Shown: positions 8,269 to 16,721, counted from the first letter of the stretch. The stretch: DNA of 49,427 nt from Lawsonibacter sp. (GCA_022791075.1 JAAVYL010000071.1:1-49427); one strand, 5' to 3'. Made by a program: numbers and translations. Notes: generated by a model not told the origin, from the letters alone.

Positions 8269-9855
8269 ATGAGAGGCAAACTGACATTACAGCAACGTTT
8301 AATTCTGCCCATTGTTCTGCTGGGGCTGGTGGCATTTCTGTCCAACATCCTGGCGGTGTTCAGCATCAACAACGTCCACTCCAATGCAGGAACCATTGTG
8401 GACGAGTATATGGTCAGTGAAGGAAAGCTGGAGGAAATCAGGCGCTCCATGACGGATATTCACCTGCTGGCCCTGTCCCATATCGTGGCCGCAGACCACG
8501 CGACCATGATCCGGCTTGTCCAGGAAATCAAGGCGAAGGAGGCCTCCCTGGACGAGATGCTGGCCAGCTATGAGAGCTTTGTTGCCGAGGAGGACACAGC
8601 GGTTTACCAGTCCCTTCTTCAGGATTACGACGCCTTTAAACACGCCCTGGTCTATCTGGTGTGCGCCAGTGCCGACAGCAAGACCCAGGAAGCCTACGCC
8701 ACGGCCAACGGGGATGTGGCCCACTGGAGCGAGGCCGCAGATCAGAGCGTCGCCGACCTCTATGCCGCAGTCAGCGGCCGGGCCGAGGCCGCACGCAGAC
8801 ATTTGACCTTTGTCTACATTACCGCGCTGGTCATCAGCGCGGCCACCCTGGCCGCCGGTGTCCTCCTGGTGGCGGCGGCGTTCCGCATCATCCGGAGGCA
8901 TGTGATTTCCCCGATTCATGACGCGATGGACACCCTTCAGGACAGCTCTGAACGCATCAGCGGCGTGGTGAGCGATGTGCGCCAGCGGACACAGACCTCC
9001 AGCGGCAGCGTCCGGGACCTGTCCGGCCTGGCGGAGCAGCTCTCTGCCGCCCTGGAGGAAATTGCCGCCAGCACGTCAGCCATCCAGCGCAGTACCTCCG
9101 ACACCCAGTCCGACGCCCGGACCATGGCGGAGGAGTGCTCCGCCATTACGGCCTACTCCGTGGAAATGCGGGGACGGGCCGAGGAAATGGAACGCTCCGC
9201 CCGGCTGGAGATGGATGAGGTGCGGAAAAAGACCTCGGAAATCATGTCCCTTCTGGATCAGGCCATTGAAAAAAGCCAGAACGTCAACCAGATCAGCGTT
9301 CTGACCAAGGCGATTCTCAACATCTCCTCCTCTACCAACCTGATTGCCATCAACGCCTCCATCGAGGCTGCCCGGGCGGGAGCGGCGGGAGCCGGATTTT
9401 CCATCGTGGCGCAGGAGATCCGCCAGCTGGCCGACTCCTGTGCCGAGACGGCCAACAATATCCAGGAGGTCAGCGGCGTGGTTACGGGAGCGGTGGACTA
9501 CCTCTCAGAGAGCGCCCGGGAGCTGGCCGGCTACCTGAGCCAGGCGATTATGACCCAGCTGGACCGGTCTGTGCAGGCTGGACAGCAGTACCGGGAGGAC
9601 TCTGACTATGTGGGACACGCCATGGAGGCGTTCAATGACAGAACCGCCCGGCTGAAGACCGCAATGGATGATATCGCCGGGTCTATCTCCAACATCTCCG
9701 GCGCAATCGACGGCGCGGTGTCCGACGTCACCGGCGTTGCCGGCAGCACTCGCGTTCTGGTGGACGATATGGAAGGCATCACTGCCGGCATGGGCACCAA
9801 TCAGGAGATTGTGGGCGAGCTGCAAAAGCAGATGGACGTATTTTCCAATTTATAA
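8269..9855 (+). CDS. Methyl-accepting chemotaxis protein (four-helix-bundle sensor)
   Basis: Two TM helices flank a helical sensor domain; signalling hairpin TNLIAINASIEAARAGAAGAGFSIVAQEIRQLA; RBS GGAGG before ATG 8269. Confidence 0.92.
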   Translation: MRGKLTLQQRLILPIVLLGLVAFLSNILAVFSINNVHSNAGTIVDEYMVSEGKLEEIRRSMTDIHLLALSHIVAADHATMIRLVQEIKAKEASLDEMLASYESFVAEEDTAVYQSLLQDYDAFKHALVYLVCASADSKTQEAYATANGDVAHWSEAADQSVADLYAAVSGRAEAARRHLTFVYITALVISAATLAAGVLLVAAAFRIIRRHVISPIHDAMDTLQDSSERISGVVSDVRQRTQTSSGSVRDLSGLAEQLSAALEEIAASTSAIQRSTSDTQSDARTMAEECSAITAYSVEMRGRAEEMERSARLEMDEVRKKTSEIMSLLDQAIEKSQNVNQISVLTKAILNISSSTNLIAINASIEAARAGAAGAGFSIVAQEIRQLADSCAETANNIQEVSGVVTGAVDYLSESARELAGYLSQAIMTQLDRSVQAGQQYREDSDYVGHAMEAFNDRTARLKTAMDDIAGSISNISGAIDGAVSDVTGVAGSTRVLVDDMEGITAGMGTNQEIVGELQKQMDVFSNL

Positions 9856-9891
9856 GTGACTGTATAAATTCATATCTCTTTGACAGGCGGC

Positions 9892-9927
9892 GGGCCTCTG
9901 ATTTCCCTTGAAATCAGAGGCCCTTTT
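9892..9927. terminator. Intrinsic terminator between the MCP and amidase genes
   Basis: GGGCCTCTGATTT-cccttg-AAATCAGAGGCCC-TTTT. Confidence 0.8.
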
Positions 9928-9948
9928 GCTGCACAAGGCCGCAGCTGG

Positions 9949-10722
9949 CTATTTTCCTGCTCTGACAATCATAGACACAACCTCCTGCCGGGTAGGGAGG
10001 GCCTGGGGGCCGGAGCCGTCAGTAATTCCAGCGGCGACTGCCCGCTGCATCTCTTCGGCCATCGTGCCGGAGGCCACCCCCGGCAGGGTCCACAGTTCCC
10101 TTCTATACCGCTCCATATACTCCTTCCACTGCTCATAGCTCATTTTATCAGCTTCTCCTCTCAGGGTCCGGGCCACGTCGGACCGAAAATCGTCCATATT
10201 TTTTCCAAACCTGGGCCACCAGTGGAGCACATCTCCATGGTTGGAGGCGACGCCCCGCTTATAGCCCTCTGCGTGGCAGATCACCACCCCGTCCTTCAGC
10301 GGGTCCAGGCCATACTCCCGGCATAGCATGGCTGTCAGCTCCACGGCCTCCTGATACGCCGCCTGAAAATAAGCCCGATTCTTCAGCCCGTCCTCGCAGA
10401 TCTCAAAGCTGATGTGGGTGTCGTTGGCGGAGCCCTTTTCCCCCTTGCCGCAGTGCCAGCCCCGCCGGTTCCAGGGCAGGGTCTGCACAGTCCCCACCCT
10501 GCCGTCGGCAAATTTTCCGATGAAGGCGTGGACGCAGAGCTTTCCCGGCTGATCCCAGTGATTACCGCCGGTGTTGCGGCCCATCTCAGCGTCCCCGGGG
10601 ACATACCGGCTCACGTTCGGGTTATTAGCCCCTGTGGAGTGGACCATTACCCCCTTGGGCCTGATGGTCCGCCCGCCGGTGTAGCACTCATTTTTTGTGA
10701 GCAGCTGCTCTCTCAGCCTCAT
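9949..10722 (-). CDS. N-acetylmuramoyl-L-alanine amidase (Amidase_2, endolysin-like) with C-terminal SLH-like segment
   Basis: VMVHSTG, VHAF, GWHCG, SFEICE and CHAE..HGD zinc-amidase motifs; C-terminal GITDG..P....TRQE. Confidence 0.88.
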   Translation of the reverse strand: MRLREQLLTKNECYTGGRTIRPKGVMVHSTGANNPNVSRYVPGDAEMGRNTGGNHWDQPGKLCVHAFIGKFADGRVGTVQTLPWNRRGWHCGKGEKGSANDTHISFEICEDGLKNRAYFQAAYQEAVELTAMLCREYGLDPLKDGVVICHAEGYKRGVASNHGDVLHWWPRFGKNMDDFRSDVARTLRGEADKMSYEQWKEYMERYRRELWTLPGVASGTMAEEMQRAVAAGITDGSGPQALPTRQEVVSMIVRAGK

Positions 10723-11198
10723 CGCTCCTCCTCTTCCACGGTCAGCGCATCTCCGGCCTTATCCATAGCGGCCTTCCCGGCGGCCAGCAGCCTGGTCAGC
10801 CACGCTGGCACGGGCGCGCCCATCATCACAGCGTTTTCCGTAACAGAACCCAGCTCGGTCACGATGTACCACACCAGAACCACTGGACCCACCAGCCCGG
10901 GGTACCGGACGGGCAGGGCCAGCACAGGCAGGTTGGCCAGCACCAGAGAGATCAGCAGGTCGGCTCCGGCGGCCACGATCACCACCGTCACCATGCCCGC
11001 CTTGTGCCAGATTCCCTCCCGGGCCCGCCAGCTGGCCCAGTCCCCCTTCCTGCAGGCGGCAGCGGAGCCGGTTATATAGTCCAGGGCCATGAGAGCCACC
11101 CAGAGCACCACCAGCCAGCCCAGCCAGCCCCACAGTCCGGTGAGCACCCCGACTCCCGCAGCAATGGCCGCTTTCAAATGATTCGCTTTTTCATCCAT
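10719..11198 (-). CDS. Phage holin (toxin secretion/phage lysis holin family)
   Basis: About 3 TM helices; LDYITG, REGIWHK and ELGSVTENA..MG.PVP motifs; overlaps the amidase start. Confidence 0.88.
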   Translation of the reverse strand: MDEKANHLKAAIAAGVGVLTGLWGWLGWLVVLWVALMALDYITGSAAACRKGDWASWRAREGIWHKAGMVTVVIVAAGADLLISLVLANLPVLALPVRYPGLVGPVVLVWYIVTELGSVTENAVMMGAPVPAWLTRLLAAGKAAMDKAGDALTVEEEER

Positions 11199-11214
11199 AC
11201 AGGCTCAACTCCTC

Positions 11215-12456
11215 TCATATCCTCAGCGTCCAGTTTTTATTTTCAGCAATGGCTCTCACCTCGTCCGTCAATTCTGACGCCCCCGGGTTCCCCGTCAGCG
11301 TAAGGGTTTTGGCTGCGGAGATGGCGGGCAGGCTGTAAAACAGGTCTGTCAGCGCCTCCAGCGACAGGGAACAGTCCCGAAGGTCCATAGCCGCCCCGGC
11401 CCAGCCGGTGACCGCCGGGTCCAGCAGAATCCGGCTCACAGCATAGCATCCCCCAAAGGCGGACGCCAGGTTGGACGCCTGGCCAGTGGACAGCCGGGGA
11501 ATGGCGGTCAGAGAGGCGCAGCCATAAAAAATATAGTCCATCCGCGCCGCCTGGGCGGTGTTCAACGGCGGCACACAGCTCAGGGAGGCGCAGCCCCGGA
11601 ACACCGAGTCCAAAGCCACAGCACGGGCGGTGTCCAGCTCCGGAAGCCGGACCAGAGACCCGCAGCCGTAAAAGGCTCTGGACAGGGTGCTCACCCCGCT
11701 GGTATCCAGCCCCGGCAGGGCGGTCAGGGCGGCGCAGTTATAAAACATGGCGGCGGCCGACACAGCCTTGGAGGTATTCAGCTCCAGAACCGTGATCAGA
11801 GAGACGCAGCTGTAAAACATGCTGTCCAGGCTGGTCAAACTGTTCTCTCCCCGCCAGGTAAAAAACTTCAGGCCCTTCAGTGCCCGGTTGCCCGTTCCGC
11901 TCCCACACCGCACCGCCGTCCCGCAGGGAAGCCTGCACTTGATCTCCACAATATTCCATCCGGAAAAATTGCTTGGGGAGGTCCTTTTGCTGTGAACGGA
12001 TGGCTCCCAGGTCAAAATATCCCTCCCCCTAATCCGCACCAGCACCTGTCTCACCCCGCCGGCCAGATTCCCCCAGTCCTCCGCCCGCAGCACCGTCTCA
12101 TATTTAGCTCCGCTGGCGGCGCTGGCCCGGACGGACGTAACAAAGCTCCCGCCGCTCAAAGCGCCCAGCTCCACGGTGTATGACCCCGCACAGGTCACGG
12201 TAAAGGCCAGCATACTCTCCCTGCCGTCCGGAATATGGACCAGCAGATACAGCTCGTCCTCCTCCGGCTCCGGCACCTCCAGCCACTCTGCGGGCCGGGC
12301 GGCCTGATACACCCTGAAAGGCTCCAAAGGCGCCCCGGCGGCCCCGGGGATGGCCCGGATGCGGGCTGGAAAATCGCCGGCTGCAATAGGCTCCCCGCTT
12401 CCGTCCTTCTCCCGGAGGGCGCCGGCAATGTCCCGAAACAGCGTCCTCAGCTCCAC
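11215..12456 (-). CDS. BspA/DUF285-type leucine-rich repeat protein (phage-associated adhesin-like)
   Basis: About six 24-aa repeats of the form xxLxxMFYxCxSLxxLPxLxTSxA; N-terminal DIAGALREKDG..DFPARIRAI; no signal peptide. Confidence 0.8.
   Translation of the reverse strand: MELRTLFRDIAGALREKDGSGEPIAAGDFPARIRAIPGAAGAPLEPFRVYQAARPAEWLEVPEPEEDELYLLVHIPDGRESMLAFTVTCAGSYTVELGALSGGSFVTSVRASAASGAKYETVLRAEDWGNLAGGVRQVLVRIRGRDILTWEPSVHSKRTSPSNFSGWNIVEIKCRLPCGTAVRCGSGTGNRALKGLKFFTWRGENSLTSLDSMFYSCVSLITVLELNTSKAVSAAAMFYNCAALTALPGLDTSGVSTLSRAFYGCGSLVRLPELDTARAVALDSVFRGCASLSCVPPLNTAQAARMDYIFYGCASLTAIPRLSTGQASNLASAFGGCYAVSRILLDPAVTGWAGAAMDLRDCSLSLEALTDLFYSLPAISAAKTLTLTGNPGASELTDEVRAIAENKNWTLRI
11428..11835 (-). 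repeat. Degenerate 72-bp coding repeats (24-aa LRR units)
   Basis: Units TSLDSMFYSC, VSAAAMFYNC, STLSRAFYGC, VALDSVFRGC, ARMDYIFYGC and SNLASAFGGC recur every 24 aa. Confidence 0.8.
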
Positions 12457-12457
12457 A

Positions 12458-12613
12458 TCAATACGCCTCCTCCAACGCGCCGGTCACCGCCCGGTCAATG
12501 GCCCGGTTTACCTGCTCCATGGTCACACAGCGGGCGGACAGCTCCTCAATTTCCGCAGCCGTCCGCTGCGCGGCCGTCTTCAGCTGCTGCAAATCAACAG
12601 CTTTCTTCATCAT
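12458..12613 (-). CDS. Small 51-aa hypothetical protein (phage fibre adaptor-like), below ORF-track cutoff
   Basis: RBS GAGGTG, ATG 12613: MMKKAVDLQQLKTAAQRTAAEIEELSARCVTMEQVNRAIDRAVTGALEEAY*. Stop abuts the LRR gene start. Confidence 0.7.
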   Translation of the reverse strand: MMKKAVDLQQLKTAAQRTAAEIEELSARCVTMEQVNRAIDRAVTGALEEAY

Positions 12614-12649
12614 ACTCACCTCAATTCTGTCGGGGAGGGGCCCCCGGCG

Positions 12650-12937
12650 TCAGGCCGTCTCCCCTCCGAACACCTCGTCCAGCATCGCCGCCACCTCCTC
12701 ATCTGCGGCGAAGTCCAGAGAATTCAGCCGGGCCTTCTCCTCGTCGGTGTAGTCGTTGGAGGACAGCCCCTTCCCCGCCTCCTTCTCCACATACCCCGTC
12801 AGGTCCACGGCGGGCAGCTTGTCCACCCGTCCACTCAGCTCCGCCACGCTCTGCTTGGTGGCAAAGCTCTCATTGACCCGTTGGGCCAGCCGCTTCAAGG
12901 CCCCCAGCTTTGTCAGCTTTTCCTCGTTAAAATTCAT
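12650..12937 (-). CDS. Small phage tail/head-fibre-like protein
   Basis: RBS AAGGAGG; contains VEKEAGKGLSSNDYTDEEKARL, resembling the KGLSxNDYT motif I recall from Firmicute phage fibre proteins. Confidence 0.7.
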   Translation of the reverse strand: MNFNEEKLTKLGALKRLAQRVNESFATKQSVAELSGRVDKLPAVDLTGYVEKEAGKGLSSNDYTDEEKARLNSLDFAADEEVAAMLDEVFGGETA

Positions 12938-13505
12938 AGTTTTCCTCCTTTTTTGTTGTGTTTGGCACAGGGCCGAACACTTCGTTCAGCATCTGGTTGA
13001 CCTCCTCCTCCGTAGCGGCTTCCCCGCCGGCCCCTCCGGCAGGCGGCAGGCGTACACAGGCCAGCGGCCGGTCTCCTGACAGGAGCCTGAGCTCCAGGCC
13101 CTCCACCTCGATGCCGTCAGCCTTCCGTTCCAGTGCCTGCTCCAGCAGTCCTGGCGTTGGCGGAGCGGCCTCAGCTCCCGCCGCCGCGCCCTGCAGAATA
13201 ACGCCGCAGTCCGCCCACACGGTGGGCAGAACCACACCCGAAGCATCGGAACCCCAGACCCCGGCAAACAGGTGTCTGCCCTCGCTCTCCAGAGCGGTCA
13301 GCTCCCAGGGGACGGTACACGTTCCGCTTTCGTCCAGCAGCACACAGGCGCTTTGACCGCCGGACCGGAAGCAGGCCGTCCTGCTCAGGCCGTCCCAGTC
13401 CGGCGAAAACCGAAACAGCACCTGATATACGCCCGCTGAACCGCTGGTCAGCGGCTCTCCCTGCTGCAGGGACAGCCGGTTCTTTTCGGCGCAGAGTATA
13501 AACAT
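12927..13505 (-). CDS. Phage baseplate-upper (BppU-like) N-terminal domain protein
   Basis: ATG 13505 with RBS GAAAGGA; LTSGSAGVY..F.FSPDWDGL.RTA.F..C.VPWE pattern resembles BppU-like phage proteins. Family assignment is by recall. Confidence 0.6.
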   Translation of the reverse strand: MFILCAEKNRLSLQQGEPLTSGSAGVYQVLFRFSPDWDGLSRTACFRSGGQSACVLLDESGTCTVPWELTALESEGRHLFAGVWGSDASGVVLPTVWADCGVILQGAAAGAEAAPPTPGLLEQALERKADGIEVEGLELRLLSGDRPLACVRLPPAGGAGGEAATEEEVNQMLNEVFGPVPNTTKKEENYEF

Positions 13506-13550
13506 TGTCCTTTCCCTCCTTCCCTCCGCCTCACACATGGTTGCTGCAGC

Positions 13551-13581
13551 GGAAAAGTTGTACGTTTGCGTACAACCTTCC
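13551..13581. promoter_or_regulatory. Palindrome upstream of the phage-like cassette
   Basis: GGAAaaGTTGTACG-tttg-CGTACAACcTTCC, about 45 nt upstream of ATG 13505. Confidence 0.45.
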
Positions 13582-13605
13582 AAAAAAATTCAGAGCCGCC
13601 GCCTC

Positions 13606-13652
13606 AAAAAAGACAGGACGGAAAACAAAGTGTCTTCCATCCTGTCTTTTTT
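13606..13652. terminator. Terminator-like inverted repeat between divergent genes
   Basis: AAAAAAGACAGGA...TCCTGTCTTTTTT with inner imperfect pairing. Confidence 0.55.
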
Positions 13653-13654
13653 GG

Positions 13655-13683
13655 TAGATATATTTTCTTCTGTGTGGTAAACT
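13655..13683 (+). promoter_or_regulatory. Promoter for sdaAB-sdaAA
   Basis: TAGATA-N17-TAAACT with extended -10 TG. Confidence 0.5.
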
Positions 13684-13720
13684 ATGAACAAAAAACCTCT
13701 CTCCATTGGAGGCGGCGGAA

Positions 13721-14380
13721 ATGAACATTTTTGATATCATCGGCCCGGTGATGATCGGCCCTTCCAGCTCCCACACCGCCGGTGCGGCGCGGCTGGGCTA
13801 TGTGGCCCGCAAAATCTTGGGGGAGTCCCCGGCTCAGGCGGCCATCCAGCTCAGCGGCTCCTTTGCCCAGACCTTCCGGGGCCACGGAACGGACAAAGCC
13901 CTTCTGGCAGGGATACTGGGGTTCCGTCCGGACGACGCCCGTCTGCGGGACTCTCTGGCACTGGCGGAGCAGCAGGGGCTTGACTACTTCCTTCGCTGTG
14001 AGGCCATCCCCAACGCCCACCCCAACACGGCCCGGATTACGCTGACCGGCTCCGGCGGAAAAACCGCCTCCATTCTGGGCGCGTCGGTGGGGGGCGGCAA
14101 TATTCTGATTACGGAGATCAACGATATGCCGGTCCATGTGACGGGGCAGAACAGCACCCTGGTCATACTCCACCTTGACAAGCCGGGGACCATTGCGGCG
14201 GTGACCAACTATGTGGCCTGTTCCAGTATCAACATCGGCAGCTTCCGCCTCTCCCGCCCCCATAAGGGCGGCGAGGCGGTTATGACCATTGAGGTGGACG
14301 GGGATATCCCGGACACGCTGGCGGAACATTTGAAAACACTGCCCAACATCATCCGTGTGGTGCTGATTCGGGCGGTCTGA
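13721..14380 (+). CDS. sdaAB: L-serine dehydratase, iron-sulfur-dependent, beta subunit
   Basis: IFDIIGPVMIGPSSSHTAGA, GHGTDKA, HPNT and C-terminal ACT domain (DKPG.IA). Confidence 0.95.
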   Translation: MNIFDIIGPVMIGPSSSHTAGAARLGYVARKILGESPAQAAIQLSGSFAQTFRGHGTDKALLAGILGFRPDDARLRDSLALAEQQGLDYFLRCEAIPNAHPNTARITLTGSGGKTASILGASVGGGNILITEINDMPVHVTGQNSTLVILHLDKPGTIAAVTNYVACSSINIGSFRLSRPHKGGEAVMTIEVDGDIPDTLAEHLKTLPNIIRVVLIRAV

Positions 14381-14392
14381 GGGGGCAATGCA

Positions 14393-15280
14393 ATGCTGAG
14401 CTATCAAAGTGTGGAAGAGCTGTGCCGGGCGGCGGAGGACTCCGGCCTTCCCATCTCCCGGGTGGTCCTGTCCGACCAGGCCAGGTCTCTGGAGCAGGAG
14501 GAACAGACGCTGCTTGAACAGATGTCCGCCCGGCTCCAGGTTATGGAGGTGGCGGCAGAGGCCGGGATGGACCCGTCCCTGCGCTCCCCCTCCGGCCTGT
14601 CCGGAGGGGACGCGGCTAAAATGCGCAGCTACGCCCAGTCGGGCGGCATTGCGGGCTCCCTTTTCAGCCGGGCCATTGCCCGCGCCCTGGCCACCTCGGA
14701 GTATAACGCCGCCATGGGAAAAATTGTGGCCTCGCCCACTGCCGGCTCCTGCGGAATCCTGCCCGGGGCCATTCTGCCGGTGCTGGAGGAGGGGATGTGC
14801 AGCCGGGAGCAGGCGGTTATGGCCCTGTTCACCGCTGGTGGAATCGGCATGGTAATTGGCAATCGGGCCACGCTGGCCGGTGCGGAGGGCGGCTGTCAGG
14901 CGGAATGCGGCGCGGCGGCGGCAATGGCGGCGGCCGCTCTGGTGGAGCTGAGGGGCGGCACGCCCCTCCAGGCGGCTCACGCCTGCGCCATGGCGCTGAA
15001 AAACCAGCTGGGGCTGGTGTGCGACCCGGTAGCCGGGCTGGTAGAGGTGCCCTGCATCAAGCGCAATGGGGCGGGCGTTGTGATTGCCCTCTCCGCCGCT
15101 GAGATGGCGCTGGCCGGAATTGAAAGCAAAATTCCTGTGGACGAGTGCATCTCCGCCATGTATCAGGTGGGCAAGGCCCTGCCCTCCTCCCTGCGGGAGA
15201 CGGCCCAGGGCGGCCTGGCCGCCACCCCGACCGGCGTCCGCCTGAAGCGGGAAATTTTCGGGGACGCACTGCCCGGGTGA
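14393..15280 (+). CDS. sdaAA: L-serine dehydratase, iron-sulfur-dependent, alpha subunit
   Basis: PTAGSCG, GGCQAECG and LGLVCDPVAGLVEVPCIKRN. Confidence 0.95.
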   Translation: MLSYQSVEELCRAAEDSGLPISRVVLSDQARSLEQEEQTLLEQMSARLQVMEVAAEAGMDPSLRSPSGLSGGDAAKMRSYAQSGGIAGSLFSRAIARALATSEYNAAMGKIVASPTAGSCGILPGAILPVLEEGMCSREQAVMALFTAGGIGMVIGNRATLAGAEGGCQAECGAAAAMAAAALVELRGGTPLQAAHACAMALKNQLGLVCDPVAGLVEVPCIKRNGAGVVIALSAAEMALAGIESKIPVDECISAMYQVGKALPSSLRETAQGGLAATPTGVRLKREIFGDALPG

Positions 15281-15289
15281 ACCGGCCGC

Positions 15290-16177
15290 TCACCCCCTCC
15301 GCCTCCTCACATCCCAGAATACCGTCCCGTAGCAGGAGTCGGTAACCTCCCGCACCATGCCCTCCTGGTCTGTATTTTTTTCCAGCCAGCGGAGCACCCT
15401 TGCCGCGTTCTCCATGGTCTGTTCCTCAGGCGTCAGGGCATGCTCCATCACAAACTCCACATACTCTCCGTCGGGCCGCACCAGCCTCTCCTGATGGCGG
15501 GTCTCATAGCCTGTCTCCGGACAGTATCCCATCAGGAACAGCACGTTGAACAGCGCATAGAACCAGCGCCCGTCCAGCTCCTGTCCGCCCTCCCGGCCAA
15601 ATACCTCCCGGACCATCCGCTCCCTCAGCCGGTTATGTCTGTACAGGTGAGTGACATTACAGCAAAAGCCTCGGCTCATCTCCATCACCTTGGACAGGCC
15701 GTCCACGCCCCGCACGGCGGGAGTCAGGGAGCTGAAGACCAGATCAAATGCCTTTCGGAGCCCCTCCCGGTCCACATCCAGCGTCTGAAAGTCGCAGACG
15801 CGCAGATCCACATTGGTCAGCCCCTGCCTCCGGATATACTCCCGTCCGTGGGCCACCATCCGCTCCGACAGGTCCAGTCCCACAACGCTGCGCACCCGTG
15901 CCCCAAACGCCGCGGCAAACTTCCCCGGTCCGCAGCCGATGTCCGCCACAGCGTAATCCGGGCAGAGCGCCCCCCGCTGCGTCAAAAAGGCAACGGCGCT
16001 GCTGACCCGCTGGCCCCCCTTGCTTTCGCCCTCCCGCGCCCAGAGTTCCGCCCGGCGGTCCCAGCTCGGGACGCAGCTACCCGAGGGCCTGGATTCCAGC
16101 AGGGCGGTAAAATATTCCAGATCGTCTCTGCCGGGCGGCCAGTCTCTCATCCCCTGCAGCCCCTCGGGCTCACCCAT
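15290..16177 (-). CDS. Class I SAM-dependent methyltransferase
   Basis: VADIGCGPG motif I, GLDLSERM and FDLVFSS. Confidence 0.85.
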   Translation of the reverse strand: MGEPEGLQGMRDWPPGRDDLEYFTALLESRPSGSCVPSWDRRAELWAREGESKGGQRVSSAVAFLTQRGALCPDYAVADIGCGPGKFAAAFGARVRSVVGLDLSERMVAHGREYIRRQGLTNVDLRVCDFQTLDVDREGLRKAFDLVFSSLTPAVRGVDGLSKVMEMSRGFCCNVTHLYRHNRLRERMVREVFGREGGQELDGRWFYALFNVLFLMGYCPETGYETRHQERLVRPDGEYVEFVMEHALTPEEQTMENAARVLRWLEKNTDQEGMVREVTDSCYGTVFWDVRRRRG

Positions 16178-16721
16178 CGCCGCTCCTCCTCTCCGCTTTT
16201 TGAAGCTGTTCCCTCATAAAATCCAGCACTTCCCCAAACAGCCGCTCCCGGTTCTCCCGGGTGATCAAAAAGCTCCGGCATTGGGGGTGGCCCCGGACGG
16301 CCTGCAAAAAGGGGGTATCCCGCTCCTTCACCGCGGCCATCACGGGCACACCGCCCTCCAGCCGGGCCAGGACTGCGCCGCAGAAGCCGGTTTCCCCGCT
16401 CTCCAGAAAGCCCAGCTCATCAAACCGGATTACAGCCCCCTCCGGCACGGGGCGCAGCAGAGCGGGAGCGAAGCGGTCAAAGGCCCCGGGGACGGCAGTG
16501 ACACGCCCTCCCCGGCAGTACCCCACCCGGTTGTCCCGGGTCTGTTGCCGGGGCTCTCCGGTCAAATAGAGAAAGATCTGTGCGTCTGACCCATCCGCCC
16601 CCGGGACGGGCTCTTTTTTTGTCTCAAATCCAAATACCGGCTGCCCCAGCTCCAGCAGCACACGGCGGAGCAGGGTGCTCTTTCCAACCCCTCGGTCCCC
16701 AACAATCAGGGCGTGCGCCAT
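16170..16721 (-). CDS. P-loop nucleoside triphosphatase (NTPase_1/THEP1-like)
   Basis: GDRGVGKSTL Walker A, GFET, and FDELGFLE Walker B. Confidence 0.8.
   Translation of the reverse strand: MAHALIVGDRGVGKSTLLRRVLLELGQPVFGFETKKEPVPGADGSDAQIFLYLTGEPRQQTRDNRVGYCRGGRVTAVPGAFDRFAPALLRPVPEGAVIRFDELGFLESGETGFCGAVLARLEGGVPVMAAVKERDTPFLQAVRGHPQCRSFLITRENRERLFGEVLDFMREQLQKAERRSGDG

Larger units (their letters stand above)
9949..13505 (-). mobile_element. Phage-derived fibre plus lysis cassette (remnant or domesticated)
   Basis: Six co-oriented, tightly coupled genes in late-operon order; no integrase, portal, capsid, terminase or att duplication seen. Confidence 0.7.

Noticed and set aside
11428-11835. 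72-bp periodicity as a possible CRISPR array or DGR variable region
   Set aside because: The repeats are degenerate in DNA and conserved only as protein LRR units; no spacers, cas genes, reverse transcriptase or template repeat seen.
9949-13505. Intact prophage
   Set aside because: No integrase, repressor, replication, packaging or capsid genes, and host genes flank both sides.
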